The notes beneath the pieces were generated by a model. The model did no database searches. It was not told the DNA's origin and saw only the letters and a program-made list of their open reading frames with translations. A stretch of DNA of 64,000 nt from the human T2T-CHM13v2.0 reference genome, Homo sapiens. The stretch lies in NCBI RefSeq assembly GCF_009914755.1, contig NC_060932.1; one strand, given 5' to 3'. The position numbers were made by a program, and so were the translations under genes. Positions 1 to 13,789 of this stretch are shown here, piece after piece (the first letter of the stretch is position 1; every line of letters begins with the position of its first letter).

Positions 1-929
1 TGGATGTATCTCTACTTGGCAGTGTTGTTCTGAGCAGGACTGACCCGCCTTTCTAGAAAAGTTGGTTTTAGAAAAACACTTCAAGAAACCCCCAAGATAG
101 CAAACATGAAGAGTCCTGCAGTGTATAAACATGATTCAAGGACTGGAAAGAGAAACCCTGTAATTAAACGAAGTGCTATAAAAAGCTCCCTCCTTCACTC
201 ACCTCTGATTAAAGAGTGCGTGTAATTTTAAGGTGAAGCAGACAGAAAATGCAGAATGCCTGGGCGGTATTCAACTAGGAAAAGACACGTGCATGCCCCA
301 TTAGGCTCCCTGAAATGTACCTTAAGAAAGCACACTTAAGGAAGTACACTGCTTACAGAAATGGGGTTCTGTGTATCTCCATTTTCAACTTCTCTTACCA
401 GACTGGAGCTTTCCTCAACTCCTTGTCAATGCTTTGTTCTTCACCTGCACCTCCTTCTATCCATCATTCCCTGGGTGTCACCCTTGACATCCTTACTCCC
501 GCCTCTTCCAACACCCCAGGTATACTCCCTGCCTGTGTTTCCCCCATTTAAAGAAATCGTTCAGCCAACTGTGCTCTTGAAGTACTCTTTCTGTCCCTTG
601 GGTCTATGGAGCAGTGGTGGGAATGTAGCAGACACTCAGTAAATACTTGCTGAACCAATAACAGGGAATCCTCCTTTTCCTCTTCACAATAAACGCCAGA
701 GCACACGCTGACTGCCGACACCAGTTCTCACCATCCCTTCCATCCCGCCTTTGTAGCCTGCCCCACTGGCGTCCCCAGAATGAGTCTCTCTGAAGTCCGA
801 GGCTGCCTGAGAGCTTTCTCAGTCTATATCATCCTCCGCTTCATCTCAGCAGGGCTTGACACTGCCCTGTCCCTTTCCTCTCTCAGCAACATGGCAGGAC
901 ATTCTCCCTGGTCTCCTCCACTGTTTGGT

Positions 930-1630
930 TATTTGGGGCATCAGAATCCTCCATGTTTTTCGTTTGTTTATTGTCAATCAGGACTCTCTTTTCCCTCCCC
1001 TTTCTTCTGCCCTCTGAATAAAGCACCTGCTTTTCCAAGGTTCTCTTCTTGGCTTCATTCTCTCTATGAGCTCATCTGTACCAGTGGCTTCAATAACGCC
1101 ACCTATAGAGTCATTCCCAAGTCTACATGGCTAATCTCGGCCTCACTTCTGGACTCCAATTCTGGATTCCAGATGTCGATTGAAAGTCCTCATATGGATT
1201 TCTAGTAAAAGTAAAAATAACGTAGTCTACGCTTCCAAAACAGCTTGTTTTTTTTTTTACTCCTTAAGCAAATGAATTTTCTTGTCACTACTTCTGCCTG
1301 TCCGCTGCTGTGTTCCCAGTTAGCGAGTTTCAGGATTCTGGCATCATCTTTGAGTCCTTCCTTAAATCCAGTGGCCTGAACCTTCCTAAATTCTTGAATA
1401 CTGTCATTTCCTATGCCTGCCCTATTTAGGACCTGACTGCCTCACTCCTGGTCTTTTGACCCCTAGTCTCTCCCCATTCTCTCCCCAAATGCTGACTGAA
1501 TACCCACCACATGCCACCCTGGTCCATCCTGTATATACTGACATGCGGAGCAGAGCTTCCTCAATCACTTTCTGATCCAATCCTTGCACCATCTGCTCAG
1601 AAATATTCGTGCATTCTTCATTGGCCACTC
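930..1630 (+). mobile_element. L2 LINE fragment (ancient)
   Basis: Degenerate match to the L2 RT/3' region (ctcatctgtaccagtggcttcaat...ctggactcca). Confidence 0.55.
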
Positions 1631-2325
1631 AGATAAAGAATGTGAAAATAATACACTGTGAGCATTTGTCACCTAGCAGGCCTGTGAGGTAGGACTTTCT
1701 TACCTCTGTTTACTATAGAAGGAACTCAGGCTTGGAGACATAAATTGATGTATGCATGGTCTCATAACTTGTCAGGGGTAAAACTGGGATTTTGCTCTAG
1801 CTTTCTGGCTCAGCTGCAGTACAGGTCCTAAATTTCAGTCCCTTAGCCAGGTGTGTGGGACCCTGTGCCACATGGCTCTCTGCTCCCCTGTGTGATGGTC
1901 AGCCTATGCCACACACGTGCAGGTGACTTCTGGTGCCCCTCTCGGCCCTGGTGGAGACCCTCATTTCCTATTGCCCATGGCTGCCTGCTGATTCCCTTCT
2001 CTGTTCTTTGGTCATGTTGTTCTTTGCATCCAGCGTCAAACACACCCTCACTCTCTGTCTAAATTCCATATCCATCCTCCCATACTCAGTACAAAGAACT
2101 TGTCGTATTTCTCTTCTGTCTTTACAGAGCAATCTCTCCATCCCCTGAATCCTCACTGGACTTAGTAGAAAATCCACTGTGGTTATAATGTATGCTGCCC
2201 TGGCCCTCCAGGGACTTAGTTCTTTTTTTTAAGCATTCCCATAGCATCCTTTAACACCACCCCCACCAGCTTTTGAAGTTCTAATAATTTTAGAATTAAT
2301 TAAGTATCCATGTCTGCTTTCCACA

Positions 2326-2421
2326 ACTAGAATGTTAGTCTCCTGAGGACAGGGACTACTAGAATGTTAGTCTCCTGAGGACAGGGACTACTAGAATGTT
2401 AGTTTCCTGAGGACAGGGACT
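2326..2421 (+). repeat. Tandem repeat, 3 x 32 bp (actagaatgttagtctcctgaggacagggact), inside an L2 3' end
   Basis: Copies start at 2326, 2358 and 2390; one substitution in copy 3. Confidence 0.95.
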
Positions 2422-2451
2422 AGACCATCTTGTCCTAAGTGTTTACTTGTG

Positions 2452-2831
2452 TGATATGGTTTGGATCTGTATCCCCACCCAAATCTCATCTTGAATTGTA
2501 CTCCCATAATTCCCACATGTTGTGGGAGGGACCTGGTGGGAGGCAATTGAATCATGGGGGCAGTTTCCCCCATACTGTTCTCATGGTAGTGAATAAGTCT
2601 TCTGAGATCTGAAGGTTTTATCAGGGGTTTCCACTTTTGCATCTTTCTTACTCTCCCTTTGCCTGCTGCCATCCATGTAAGACGTTACAGGTGCAAGTAG
2701 CTCCTCCTTGCCTTCTGCCATGATTGTGAAGCTTCCCTAGTCATGAAACTTTAAGTAATTAAACTCTTTCTTTTGCAAATTGCCCAGTCTTGGGTATGTC
2801 TTTATCAGCAACTTGAAAATGGACTAATACA
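2452..2831 (+). mobile_element. THE1-family (MaLR) solo LTR
   Basis: Starts TGATATGGTTTGG, ends GGACTAATACA; near-TSD ttgtg/ctgtg; interrupts an L2 3' end. Confidence 0.9.
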
Positions 2832-4569
2832 CTGTGTCTACCTCAGTGCCTGACACGTATTAGATATGTGATGAAAATTCATTAAATGCATCACCTAATG
2901 TCTTGCTCCTTCTCTTGTAGACTCTAGGTTACTTGCAGGGGAATGGGCACATCTCTTTCATCCCTTTCATTCCTGTATCACCTGCAGCATCTAGCTCTAC
3001 ATCTTGCTAATAGCAAAAACTCATTTTCTGCCTTGTAGAATGAACTACTACGAAGGCCTTGAGAGTCATCCCCTCATCTGATGTGAAGCCGAGGGTATCC
3101 CAGCTAACACTCATTATACTAGAACAACTTCCCCCTCCTCCTACAGCTTCAGGGAGTTCATGGAACCACTTGAAGCTCCTCCAGTATCCCCACTCTCTGA
3201 GCTCATTGAAGAGCTCTTAGAGGTGAAAAGTCAGCAGAGAGACCATTGTCAGTGCCACTCTGTCAAGAGCCCGTTTTTCAGCATCTCACTAACTCTGACA
3301 TTTCCCATCTCATTCTCTTTCTTCTTGCCAAGAGCCACTGCTTCTTTATGGTCACTGTGTTCTCTCTGTTACCTCCTTTAAAGCTTTCTTGACTCTGCTC
3401 CTCTCCTTTGCTCTCTTCTCTGTGTTTAGCTTTGAAGCCCCAACTGCTCACATGCAGTCCTAGGATTTCTCTCCCCACCTGCAGCAATGCCCCTTTTCCC
3501 TAAGAGTTCCTGCCCTGCCCGTAGCCCCTGGAGGCTGTTCTGGAGCTGTTCTGGGCTGTCCTAGCTGAGGTGCTGGAATCCCTCTGCTCTTCCTTTTTCT
3601 TCCCCTGGCACAGTGCCACTTGCCATCTTTCTGGGCATCTTCCTCTTGCTGTCAAAAAAAAAATACCGACAGAGAACTACTTAGGTGAAGGCTGAGAGGC
3701 TGACATAAAAAAAATATTATTAGTTGGCCTGAGAGAGTGTAATAAAGGGAGTTTTATGAGGTATGACAGCTTTCTAAAGTTAACAAACCATCTGGCATTA
3801 TGTCAAACAGACAAAGAGCTTGCCAGGAGCTGGCACTGGTGCCCAGCCCCATTTGGGCATGGTGGGATTGACCTTCCCCTCCTTACCTGGAGGCCACATT
3901 TGCTGTTTCTCCACAGTGAAAACAGTAAATGGGAATTCTTTGGTAGTGCAGAGTCTGAGTCTGTTCCCTCTGCCCAGCGTCTCTGTTTAGAACATACTGC
4001 AGGAGTGTCCACTGTACCAAGAAGGGTAGAAAGGGTCAAAAGAAAGCACGAGCCTGGCTTTGAGCAGCCTGCTTTGGTAATGTATCCCAAGGCCACAGTA
4101 CAAAAGTCAAGAATACGTTGGACAGAAGACACCTTAATTGGAAACCTCCTTTGACTTAGTGTGAGAGGACAAGACACAATCCCAGTGTGGATGTTTTGCT
4201 CATCAAACAGGGCCCAGCACACACACCAGCCAGGTGCCCTCTTCCATGCAGTCAGCACCACTGCTAGTTTGGGGTCTTGACTAGAGGTCCACCTTTGGCC
4301 CACAGTTGCCCTGGGTAGGCCTGACAGACTCAGGGATGGTCTCTGTTGGCCTCTCCTAGGTACGCTCCACCTGCCCCCGGTTTAAGGGAGCATGACCGAT
4401 GTGGCCGCATTTCAGGAGCACTAGGATATAATCTAACCTGGAGGCCAATTGTAAACAAGGGTTATTTAAGTAGCTTCACCAAGTATCATACTACCTGGTT
4501 ATATTATCTTCTCACAGGCTGGTGTGAATCTCTGAGGCAGCCATATAAGTAAATAATAGGCTAGCAATG

Positions 4570-4790
4570 ATAGCAGTTAACCTCTATTGAACTCCTGTTA
4601 TGTGGCAGGCACTAGGGGAAGAACTTGGCACAGGTAGCCTGCCTGCCCACAGCAACCCTAGGTAGTAAATATTGGTATTCCCATTTTGCAGATGAGGAAA
4701 TTGAGTCTAAAGAGTTTAAGAAAGTTGTCCAAGTCACATAGCTCGTAAGTGACAGGGCTAGGATTTGAACTCAAGGTGGTCTAAATCTAA
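4570..4790 (-). mobile_element. MIR
   Basis: Reverse MIR core: cccattttgcagatgaggaaattgag...aagtcacatagc...ggatttgaactc. Confidence 0.75.
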
Positions 4791-4804
4791 AATACCTCCT
4801 TATC

Positions 4805-5035
4805 TGAGGCAAGAGGATTGCTTGAAGCCAGAAGTTTGAGACCAGCCTGGGCAACAAAGCAAAGCCCTGTCTCTACAAAAAATTTTAAAAATTAGCTGGG
4901 CATGGTAATGCATGCCTGCATTCCTAACTACTATGAGCTCACCACTGCACTCCAGCCTGAGTGACAGAGCAAGACACCATTTCTAAAATAAAATAATAAA
5001 TACAAATAAAATACAATATAAATAAAATAATAAAA
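4805..5035 (+). mobile_element. Truncated, internally deleted AluJ
   Basis: Alu sequence with an (AAAAT)n-like tail. Confidence 0.85.
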
Positions 5036-5239
5036 CCTGCTTTTTACCCACCTATGAAGCCTGTGAATGTAGTACAAATGCCACACCCTTGAGCAGCTGT
5101 GGAATTCTGGGTTACAGGGAGATAGTTAGATGTAAGAATTTATGGTGTGAAGTGCTAGCTCTGTTACCCTAAAGGATAATGCAAACAATGAATGCTTGCT
5201 TCCCATTTCAGTTTCTTCATTTATAAAATAGGCACATGC

Positions 5240-5600
5240 AGCCAGGCGCAGTGACTCACACCTGTAATCCCAGCACTTTGGCAGGCTGAGGTGGGTGGAT
5301 CACGAGGTCAGGAGTTCAAGACCAGCCTGGCCAAGATGGTGAAATCCTGTCTCTACTAAAAATACAAAAATTAGCTGGTCGTGGTGGCAGATGCCTGTAA
5401 TGGTGAAACCCTGTCTCTACTAAAAATACAAAAATTAGCTGGGCATGGTGGCAGGTGCCTGTAATCCCAGCTACTTGGGAGGCTGAGGTGGGGAACGGCT
5501 TGAACCCAGGAGGCGGAGGTTGCAGTGAGCCAAGATCATGCCACTGCACTCCAGCCTGGGCAACAGTGTGAGACTGTCAAAAAAAAAAAAAAAAAAAAAA
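5240..5600 (+). mobile_element. AluS with a 64-bp internal tandem duplication (5337-5400 / 5401-5464)
   Basis: Full Alu with polyA tail; the middle A-rich linker occurs twice. Confidence 0.95.
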
Positions 5601-5795
5601 GCACGGGCAAAAAACATACCCCTAATATTTTTAAAACAAATATTTTCACTGAAGCTGCCTCTCACTGCCACCACTGCCATTGCTACCTACAGATGTTCCT
5701 GAGCAGTTGGAAGTTCTTTGTCTCATCTGATATATATATATATATTTTCAAAGACCCAAAATACTTTAGTGATGGAAACAGTAATCTGTGACTAA

Positions 5796-6222
<427 letters not shown>

Positions 6223-7269
6223 TGATAGCACTAAAGACCTCATGAAAATCTTTAGTGCTGTCAAATCAGCTGCTTCATCTCCCTGCTTGTCATTCCAGTT
6301 TTGATCTGTATGAGTGTATGAGTTCCCCAGTGATCACCCGTGGCTGCACTAGAGTCATGTTAGAGCAATGCAGGCCGACGCAGCTGAGTATCAGGAACAT
6401 ATGTGAGAAATGCAGTGACTGTGCAAGCTTCAGGCCTTCCAAGGAGATCACTTAGATACAGGCGGCTGGATAATCAGGCTCTTTAGGTGCCTACCCAGTG
6501 CAAGGTACTGGGAATTCAAAGAGAAACAGGGAGCTTCCAGTCTAGGAGGAGAAGTAGACATATGCACAGCTCACTGCGGCCAGTGCAGGCTGTGATTTGT
6601 GCTATAATTAAGGTACAAACAGAAAGTTTACCAAGCATAGGTGGGAACCTATCATTCTGATCCACAGACGAGGTGAAATCTGAACCAAACCTTGAAAGGA
6701 GTGGTTTTCCAGCTACAGAAGGCCAGGAAGGAAAGTGCAGGCAGAGGGCTTAACCAAGATCCCTAGACTTGACTACGGATGGTTCTTTGGGGAATGATGA
6801 GGTCTTCTGAGCATTTGGAATACACTTGGACAACTGCTTCAGAGGCCAGATTTAGGAGTTTGGAACTTATTCTCTGGACGGTGAGGTTTTTCAATAGGGA
6901 AGTGACATCAACTGCAGATGTAGGAAGGTAACTCGGAGGGAAACTGAGGCAGGTGATGGCGCTCCTCTGCTGGGTACCTGGGGTGCTCTGGGTGTCCTCC
7001 TCTGGCTCTGGGCAGTGATGTTGACAGCCTTACCCTGAGGTGGTGAAGTGGAAATTGGGACAGACATGAGGACCACCGTTCAGTTCCCAAGGGCTAGGGA
7101 TGCAAAGCAGACTCTGTGGCACAGTGGATGGTGCATTGGACTTTCAAGGGCTGGGATGCTGCCCACTAGTGCCTGTAACTTTAAAACTATCCATGGACAT
7201 ATGAAGATAAAGGAATTATTTAATCATCGATTGGAAGCAGACGGTGTGGTTCTAATAGGTTAACTTCTA

Positions 7270-7475
7270 AACCAGGAGTTGAGCAGACCAGGGTTCAGAT
7301 CTTGGCTGTACCACTATGTGGTCTTGGATGAATTACAAAATTTCTTGGAGCTCTTATAACAAAGTGAGGATGACAATGCCTTCCTCACAGGGTTGTGATG
7401 AGGATGAAGTTAACGTCTTTACACACCTAGCAAAGGGCCCAGCATGTTAGAAGCACTCAGTAAGTGGTGTCAGTT
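7270..7475 (+). mobile_element. MIR
   Basis: gggttcagatcttggc...cacagggttgtgatgaggat...gcactcagtaag. Confidence 0.7.
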
Positions 7476-7572
7476 ACTGTTTTTCACATAATTTGAATGT
7501 CGACATATGCTTTGGAAAGGCTCTTCCTGTTGAAGAATGTTTTTTGAGAATTTCACTTTTGCCTCTCTTCAG

Positions 7573-7744
7573 AAAAACTCACTCTGAAGAATTCACCAAT
7601 AGCTTGAAAACAAAATCACAGTACCATGATCTGCAGGCTCCGGATAACCAGCAGACTAAAGACATCTGGAAGAAAGTGGCAGAAAAGGAGGAACTGGAGC
7701 AAGGATCGAGGCCAGCACCAACCCTGGAAGAAGAGAAAATCCGA
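7573..7744 (+). CDS. SH2D4A: SH2D4A coding exon (172 bp): (R)[57 protein letters not shown]
   Basis: cctctcttcag acceptor; CGA|gtgagt donor; frame continuous with flanking exons. Confidence 0.95.
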
Positions 7745-7888
7745 GTGAGTCCTTACTGTCTGTAGACGTGCGGAATTTCATCATGGGGGAGAAAAAGCTA
7801 TTGAGGCCACAGAGACTACTGTGGCTGAGTGTCAGGATCCTCCAGTGGCTTTCTTGGGAGAAATGCCTCCTAACTTTAAGATCCTCCA

Positions 7889-8209
<321 letters not shown>

Positions 8210-8367
8210 TCACTTGGGGGATTTACCTTCCATGCTACATCATGGAAAATAAAGCACCCCTATTTCATGAGACTGAAAGTAACAAGAACGCTAGGAATGC
8301 AATTTGGCATTTTAAGATATTTTCAGGTTCTCCTCAATGCTGCCCCATTATATGTCTTCTGTTACAG

Positions 8368-8530
8368 CAGAGGTTGGCAAACATTTTCTGTAAAGTGCAA
8401 CATAGTAAATGGTTTAGGCTTTATGGGCCATGCCATCTTTGTCACAGCTATACACAAATGAATGAGCATGGCTGTGTTCCAATAAAACTTTATTTTCAAG
8501 CACAGGCTGAGGGGCAGATTTGGCCTGTTC
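8368..8530 (+). mobile_element. MER58-type hAT-Charlie DNA transposon fossil
   Basis: cagaggttggcaaacattttctgtaaag...catggctgtgttccaataaaactttat. Confidence 0.8.
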
Positions 8531-9455
8531 ATGATTTAGATTACATTCTACTGAGTCTTAGCCTTTTTGTTGCGGATTCTAAACATCAGTGCCTGTTGGG
8601 CTTCATTGGCTCTGCCTGTGACTTGGGGACAGTTACCTCCCCAACATAATAGAAATTTTATACTCAGAATTGGTATGAATTCTCTTATGGTTCAGATGGT
8701 TTAAAAAACTCAAACATAATTTGCTGGTTGGATTATAGTTTGGGAGAACAATGAAACACCTTATTATTCTACCAGGAATTTAATTACACTGAGAATTAAC
8801 AGGGATTTGCAGTTGTTTGATTTCCATTTATGTCTCCAGCCCTGCAGCACTGGCTGTGTGTGCTTTTGACTTCTTTGAGGCTATCATATGGGAATACAGG
8901 TATCTCCTGCCTCCTCCTAGGACCTAGTGAGACTCTGATAACTAACATGGTCAGGGGTTATTCCACAGCAAAGCACACTGCTGAGTGTCTCATGTAATCC
9001 TCACAATAACATGAACTAGAGACATTTGTCCATTTTACAGCTGGGGAAACTGAGGCTAGGTGTGGTTAAGCAACCTGCCCAAGGTCTTATTCAAACCCAG
9101 GTCTGCAGGACCCCCAGGCTATTCCTTAAATATTAACTACTAACTCCTTAATTCTTAACTCTCATGTTTGGTTGTGTCATTAATATGAGGGCTATGAAGA
9201 AGCTTTTTATGAAGGGCTACAAATATGAGGCTCAAAATATTTAGGAAGAGAAAATTCTAAATTTGGTTTTTCATCTCAAGGTCAGCCCTGGACATGCTCC
9301 CCACATCCTCATTGAGGCCTCCCGTCCTCCCCAGGTGTGCTTTGCACTCAGCATGTGTAACACTAAACTCCCCCAACACGGCTCCCCTTCCCACACCCCT
9401 CCAACCAAGAACAACAGTAATAACAAGAAAGCTCCTTCCAGAGTATTAATTATGC

Positions 9456-9763
9456 AGCTGAGTGTGTTTGCTCACACTTGTAATCTCAGTGCTTTTGGAG
9501 GCCGAGGCAGGAGGATCCCTTTTGAGGCCAGGAGTTCCAGACAAGCCTGGGCATAATCCTGCAGAGACAGTGAGACCCCCATCTCTACAAAAAATTAAAA
9601 AAAAACAGCCAAGCATGGTGGTGCATGCCTGTAGTCCTAGCAACTCAGGAGGCTGAGGCAGGAGGATCGATTGAGCCCAGGAATTTGAGGCTGCAGTGAG
9701 TCCTGATTACACCACTGTACTGTAGCCTGGGGGACCAAGTGAGACCCTAAGTCTTAAAAAAAA
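9456..9763 (+). mobile_element. AluJ
   Basis: Dimeric Alu; TSD agtattaa(t/g)tatg. Confidence 0.9.
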
Positions 9764-10241
9764 GTATTAAGTATGTATGCTTATATTTGTGCTTGAATTA
9801 CAGTACTTTTTTAGACCTTTTTTTTTCAAAAGTAGGACAAAAGATTAAAATGGAAATTAAAATAGATACCACAGTTATTATTCTTTAACCATCTCATAAA
9901 TATTATATTGAGAGTGGCACTGTTGCCTTCCTTAGGTGCCTGCTAAACTGACATATGGAAAGAGATGGGGGCAGGGGAGAAAGAAATATTCAGATAGAAG
10001 GAATATGGAAATAGATGGGTGACAGGTTTTTATATTCCTGCTTTTTATCTTTCCCTGTGTCAGAGAAGATGCTGTCAGGGGCTCCTGTGGTATTTGCTGA
10101 AGTTCACTCTGACAGCAGGCCACACAGCGAGGAGCCTGATTTCACAGCTAGTGTGAGCCTTTAAAGAGGTCGTCTGCTACCTCTCAGACAACTGACTCGA
10201 TGGTACATTTATATTTTTATTGTAAGTTGTGTATATGTCAC

Positions 10242-11013
10242 TATAGTGGTCTGAATATTTATCCCCCGAAATTTATGTCCACCTAGAACCTCAGAATGTG
10301 AGCTTATTTGGAAATAGATCTTTGCAGATGTAATTAAAGTAAAGGATCTCAAGATGAGATCACCCTGGATTTAGGGTGGATCCTAAATCCCAAGACAAGT
10401 GTCCTTATAAGAGGAGAGCCAAGGAAAATGTGAGAGAGAGTGTACTAGTCTGTTTTCATGCTGCTGATAAAGACATACCCAAGATTGGGCAGTTTACAAA
10501 ACAAAGAGGTTTAATGGACTTACAGTTCCATGTAGCTGGGGAGGCCTCACAATCACTGTGGAAGGTGAAAGGCACGTCTAACATGGCAGCAGACAAGAGA
10601 GCTTGCGCAGGGAAATTCCCATTTATAAAACCATCAGATCTCATGAGACCCACTCACTATCACAAGAACACCATGGGAAAGACCCACCCCCATGATTTAA
10701 CTGCCTCCCACCAGGTTCCTCCCACAACACATGGGAATTGTGGGAGTTACAATTCAAGATGAGATTTGGGTGGGGACACAGCCAAACCATATCAGACAGA
10801 AACACTGAGAAGAAGGCCGAGTGAAGAAAGAGGCAGAAAGCAGAGTTATGCTGCCACAAGATGGGAGCCACCGGAAGCTGGAAGAGGGGGCATAGCCCTG
10901 CACAGCCTTGATTTCTGACTCTAGTCTCCAGAACTGTGAGAGAGTAAATATCTGTTGTTTTAAGTCACCAAGTTTATGGCCATTCATTGCAGCAGCCCTG
11001 GGTAGTGAATGCA
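10242..11013 (+). mobile_element. MLT1B/C-type MaLR LTR interrupted by THE1B
   Basis: ttatttggaaatag...tttgcagatgtaatt...ccagaactgtgagagagtaaat; near-TSD gtcac/gttac. Confidence 0.85.
10441..10794 (-). mobile_element. THE1B-type solo LTR nested in MLT1
   Basis: Reverse complement of TGATATGGTTTGGCTGTGTCCCCACCCAAATCTC...ACTAGTACA; near-TSD gagag/gacag. Confidence 0.92.
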
Positions 11014-11223
11014 GTTACTTCTCATTGACTTTCTCAGAAATGTTTCATTATGCTACCCTAATTATTAAATAGTTATTAAAATGGAGAAGCAACCATTTTA
11101 GAGAGACAGACCCACTTTCTGGAAAACCAGAAATAATTTGAATCCTGCATCCCTCACCTCCTCGTGCTGTAGATTTTAGCTCTTGAGTTTCTCCCTCTAT
11201 CAAAAGGGGATAAACAATCTATT

Positions 11224-11710
11224 TGTTAGGCAGAATAATGGCAAATATATCCACATTTAGATCTCTCAGACCCACGAACACGTTACTTTACATGGAACAG
11301 GGGACTCTGCCTCTGGGACCATGGTTAAGGACGTTGAGATGGAAGATTATCCTTGAATATCCAGGCAGGCCCAGCTTAATCGCATGAGTCCTTAAAGCAG
11401 AGACTCTTTCCTGGTTGAGGTCAGAGGGAGATGTGGCTATAGGATAATGATCAGAGACATGTGATGTTCCTGGCTTTGATGATGGAGGAAGAGACCATAC
11501 GTGAAGCAAGGAATGGAGGCAGCTTCTAGAAGTTGGAAGAGGCAAGGAATCGGATTCTCTTTAAGTCTATGGAAGTCACGCAGCTCTGTTGACACCTTGA
11601 TGTTGGCCCAAGGTTGGGTCTCTGACCTACCGAAATGTACCATAATTTGTGTTGTTCATAAGCACTGAGTTTATTGTAATTTGTTACAGCAGCAGTGGAA
11701 AACCAGTACA
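11224..11710 (+). mobile_element. MLT1D-type MaLR LTR
   Basis: tgttaggcagaataatggc...ggctttgatgatggagg...ttgttacagcagcagtggaaaaccagtaca. Confidence 0.85.
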
Positions 11711-11745
11711 ATCTGGTAGGATTTTTTGATGAGTAAGTGAGGTAT

Positions 11746-12294
11746 TGTATTGGTCAGGGTTCTTTAGAGGGACAGGACTAATAGGATAGACGTATATATG
11801 AAAGGGAGTTTATTAAGGAGTATTGACTCACACGATCACAAGGTGAAGTCCCACAATAGGCCATCTGCAAGCTGAGGAGCCAGCAAGCCGGTACAAGTCC
11901 CCAAACCTCAAAAGCAGGGAAGCCGACAGTGCAGCCTTCAGTCTGTGGCCGAAGGCCTTAGAGCCCCTGGCAAACCACTGGCATAAATCCAAGAGTCCAA
12001 AAGCTGAAGAACTTGGAGTTCGATGTTCGAGGTGAGGAAGCATCCAGCACAGGAGAAAGATGGAGGGTGGAAGACTCAGAAGGTCTAGTCCTTCCACGTT
12101 CTTCTGCCAGCTTTTATTCTAGCCACACTGGCAGCTAATTAGATGGTGCCCACCCAGATTGAGGGTGGATCTGCCTTTCCCAGTCCACTGACTCAAATGT
12201 TAATTTCCTTTGGCAACACCCTCACAGACACACCTAGGAACAATATTTTGCATCCTTCAGTCCATCAAGTTGACACTCAATATTAACCATCACA
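11746..12294 (-). mobile_element. MLT2A (ERVL) solo LTR
   Basis: tgtattggtcagggttctttagagggacag...attaaccatcaca; perfect 5-bp TSD GGTAT (11741-11745, 12295-12299). Confidence 0.92.
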
Positions 12295-12377
12295 GGTATT
12301 CAATACTGGGCACTTATTTCAGTACCTCCAAACACATATCAGATATTTAGTTAGCTCACTTTCCTCTTCCCTATAAA

Positions 12378-12743
<366 letters not shown>

Positions 12744-12749
12744 TGATTG

Positions 12750-13450
12750 ATTTACTCATAACATATTTTGAGTACCCAATAGGTGCTAAGTATTGAGGTT
12801 ATGATACTGGAGTAAAACGGAATCACTGCTCTCATGATATTTTGGTTGGGGAGGGAGAGAGAGACATCACATAACATATAATTTCAAACAATAACAAGTG
12901 CTGTGACTTAAGGGATAGGTTTCTGTTCACCCCAATTACATTAGCACTGGGGCAGCTCCGAGGAGCCAAGGATGGCTTTGCAGAGGACATGGCCCCTAGG
13001 GCTGGCAGTTCCAGCTGAGGAACAGTGTGGCAAAGGCTCCATAGCTGGAGGGAAAGTGGGCTTTGGAGGAACCAAAGGGGCCAGTGTGACTGGAGTGCAG
13101 AAGCAGGGAAAGCATTGTCGGGGGGTGGGGCAGGGCCAGGCAAGACAGGGTCTTGGGGGCTACTTACGTGTTTTGACTCTTTTCAGGAACAATTGGAAAT
13201 TGTCAGTGATTATCGAGCAAAGGGTTGAGCTGATCAGGTTTATATTTTGAAAAGGAGGGATCATTCTTGCATCAGAGAGGGTGGAGGAACAAGGTAGCAT
13301 GACCCAGGTTTCTAAGCTTGGATGCCTGGGAGAATGAGATGTCATCAGGATGGACAGGCGTGTCTGGAGAAAGAGCTGATGCTAAAGGAGAAGGTGATTC
13401 TGGTTGAGATGTGTCAGGATTTCCCAGGCTACTTGCAGAAGTGGTAGTGG
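12750..13450 (-). mobile_element. L2 fragments
   Basis: Reverse L2 3' end and body (tcataacatattttgagtacc...; gacccaggtttctaagcttgg). Confidence 0.55.
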
Positions 13451-13464
13451 TGGATACACGCTGA

Positions 13465-13789
<325 letters not shown>

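Noticed and set aside
2725-2750. PRDM9 hotspot 13-mer position in the THE1 LTRs (also about 10530-10547)
   Set aside because: Both copies deviate from CCNCCNTNNCCNC (CTTCCCTAGTCAT and CCTCCCCAGCTAC).
3756-4303. Overlapping 132-aa and 166-aa ORFs on opposite strands
   Set aside because: No recognisable domain or splice context; lengths are within chance expectation for 64 kb in six frames.
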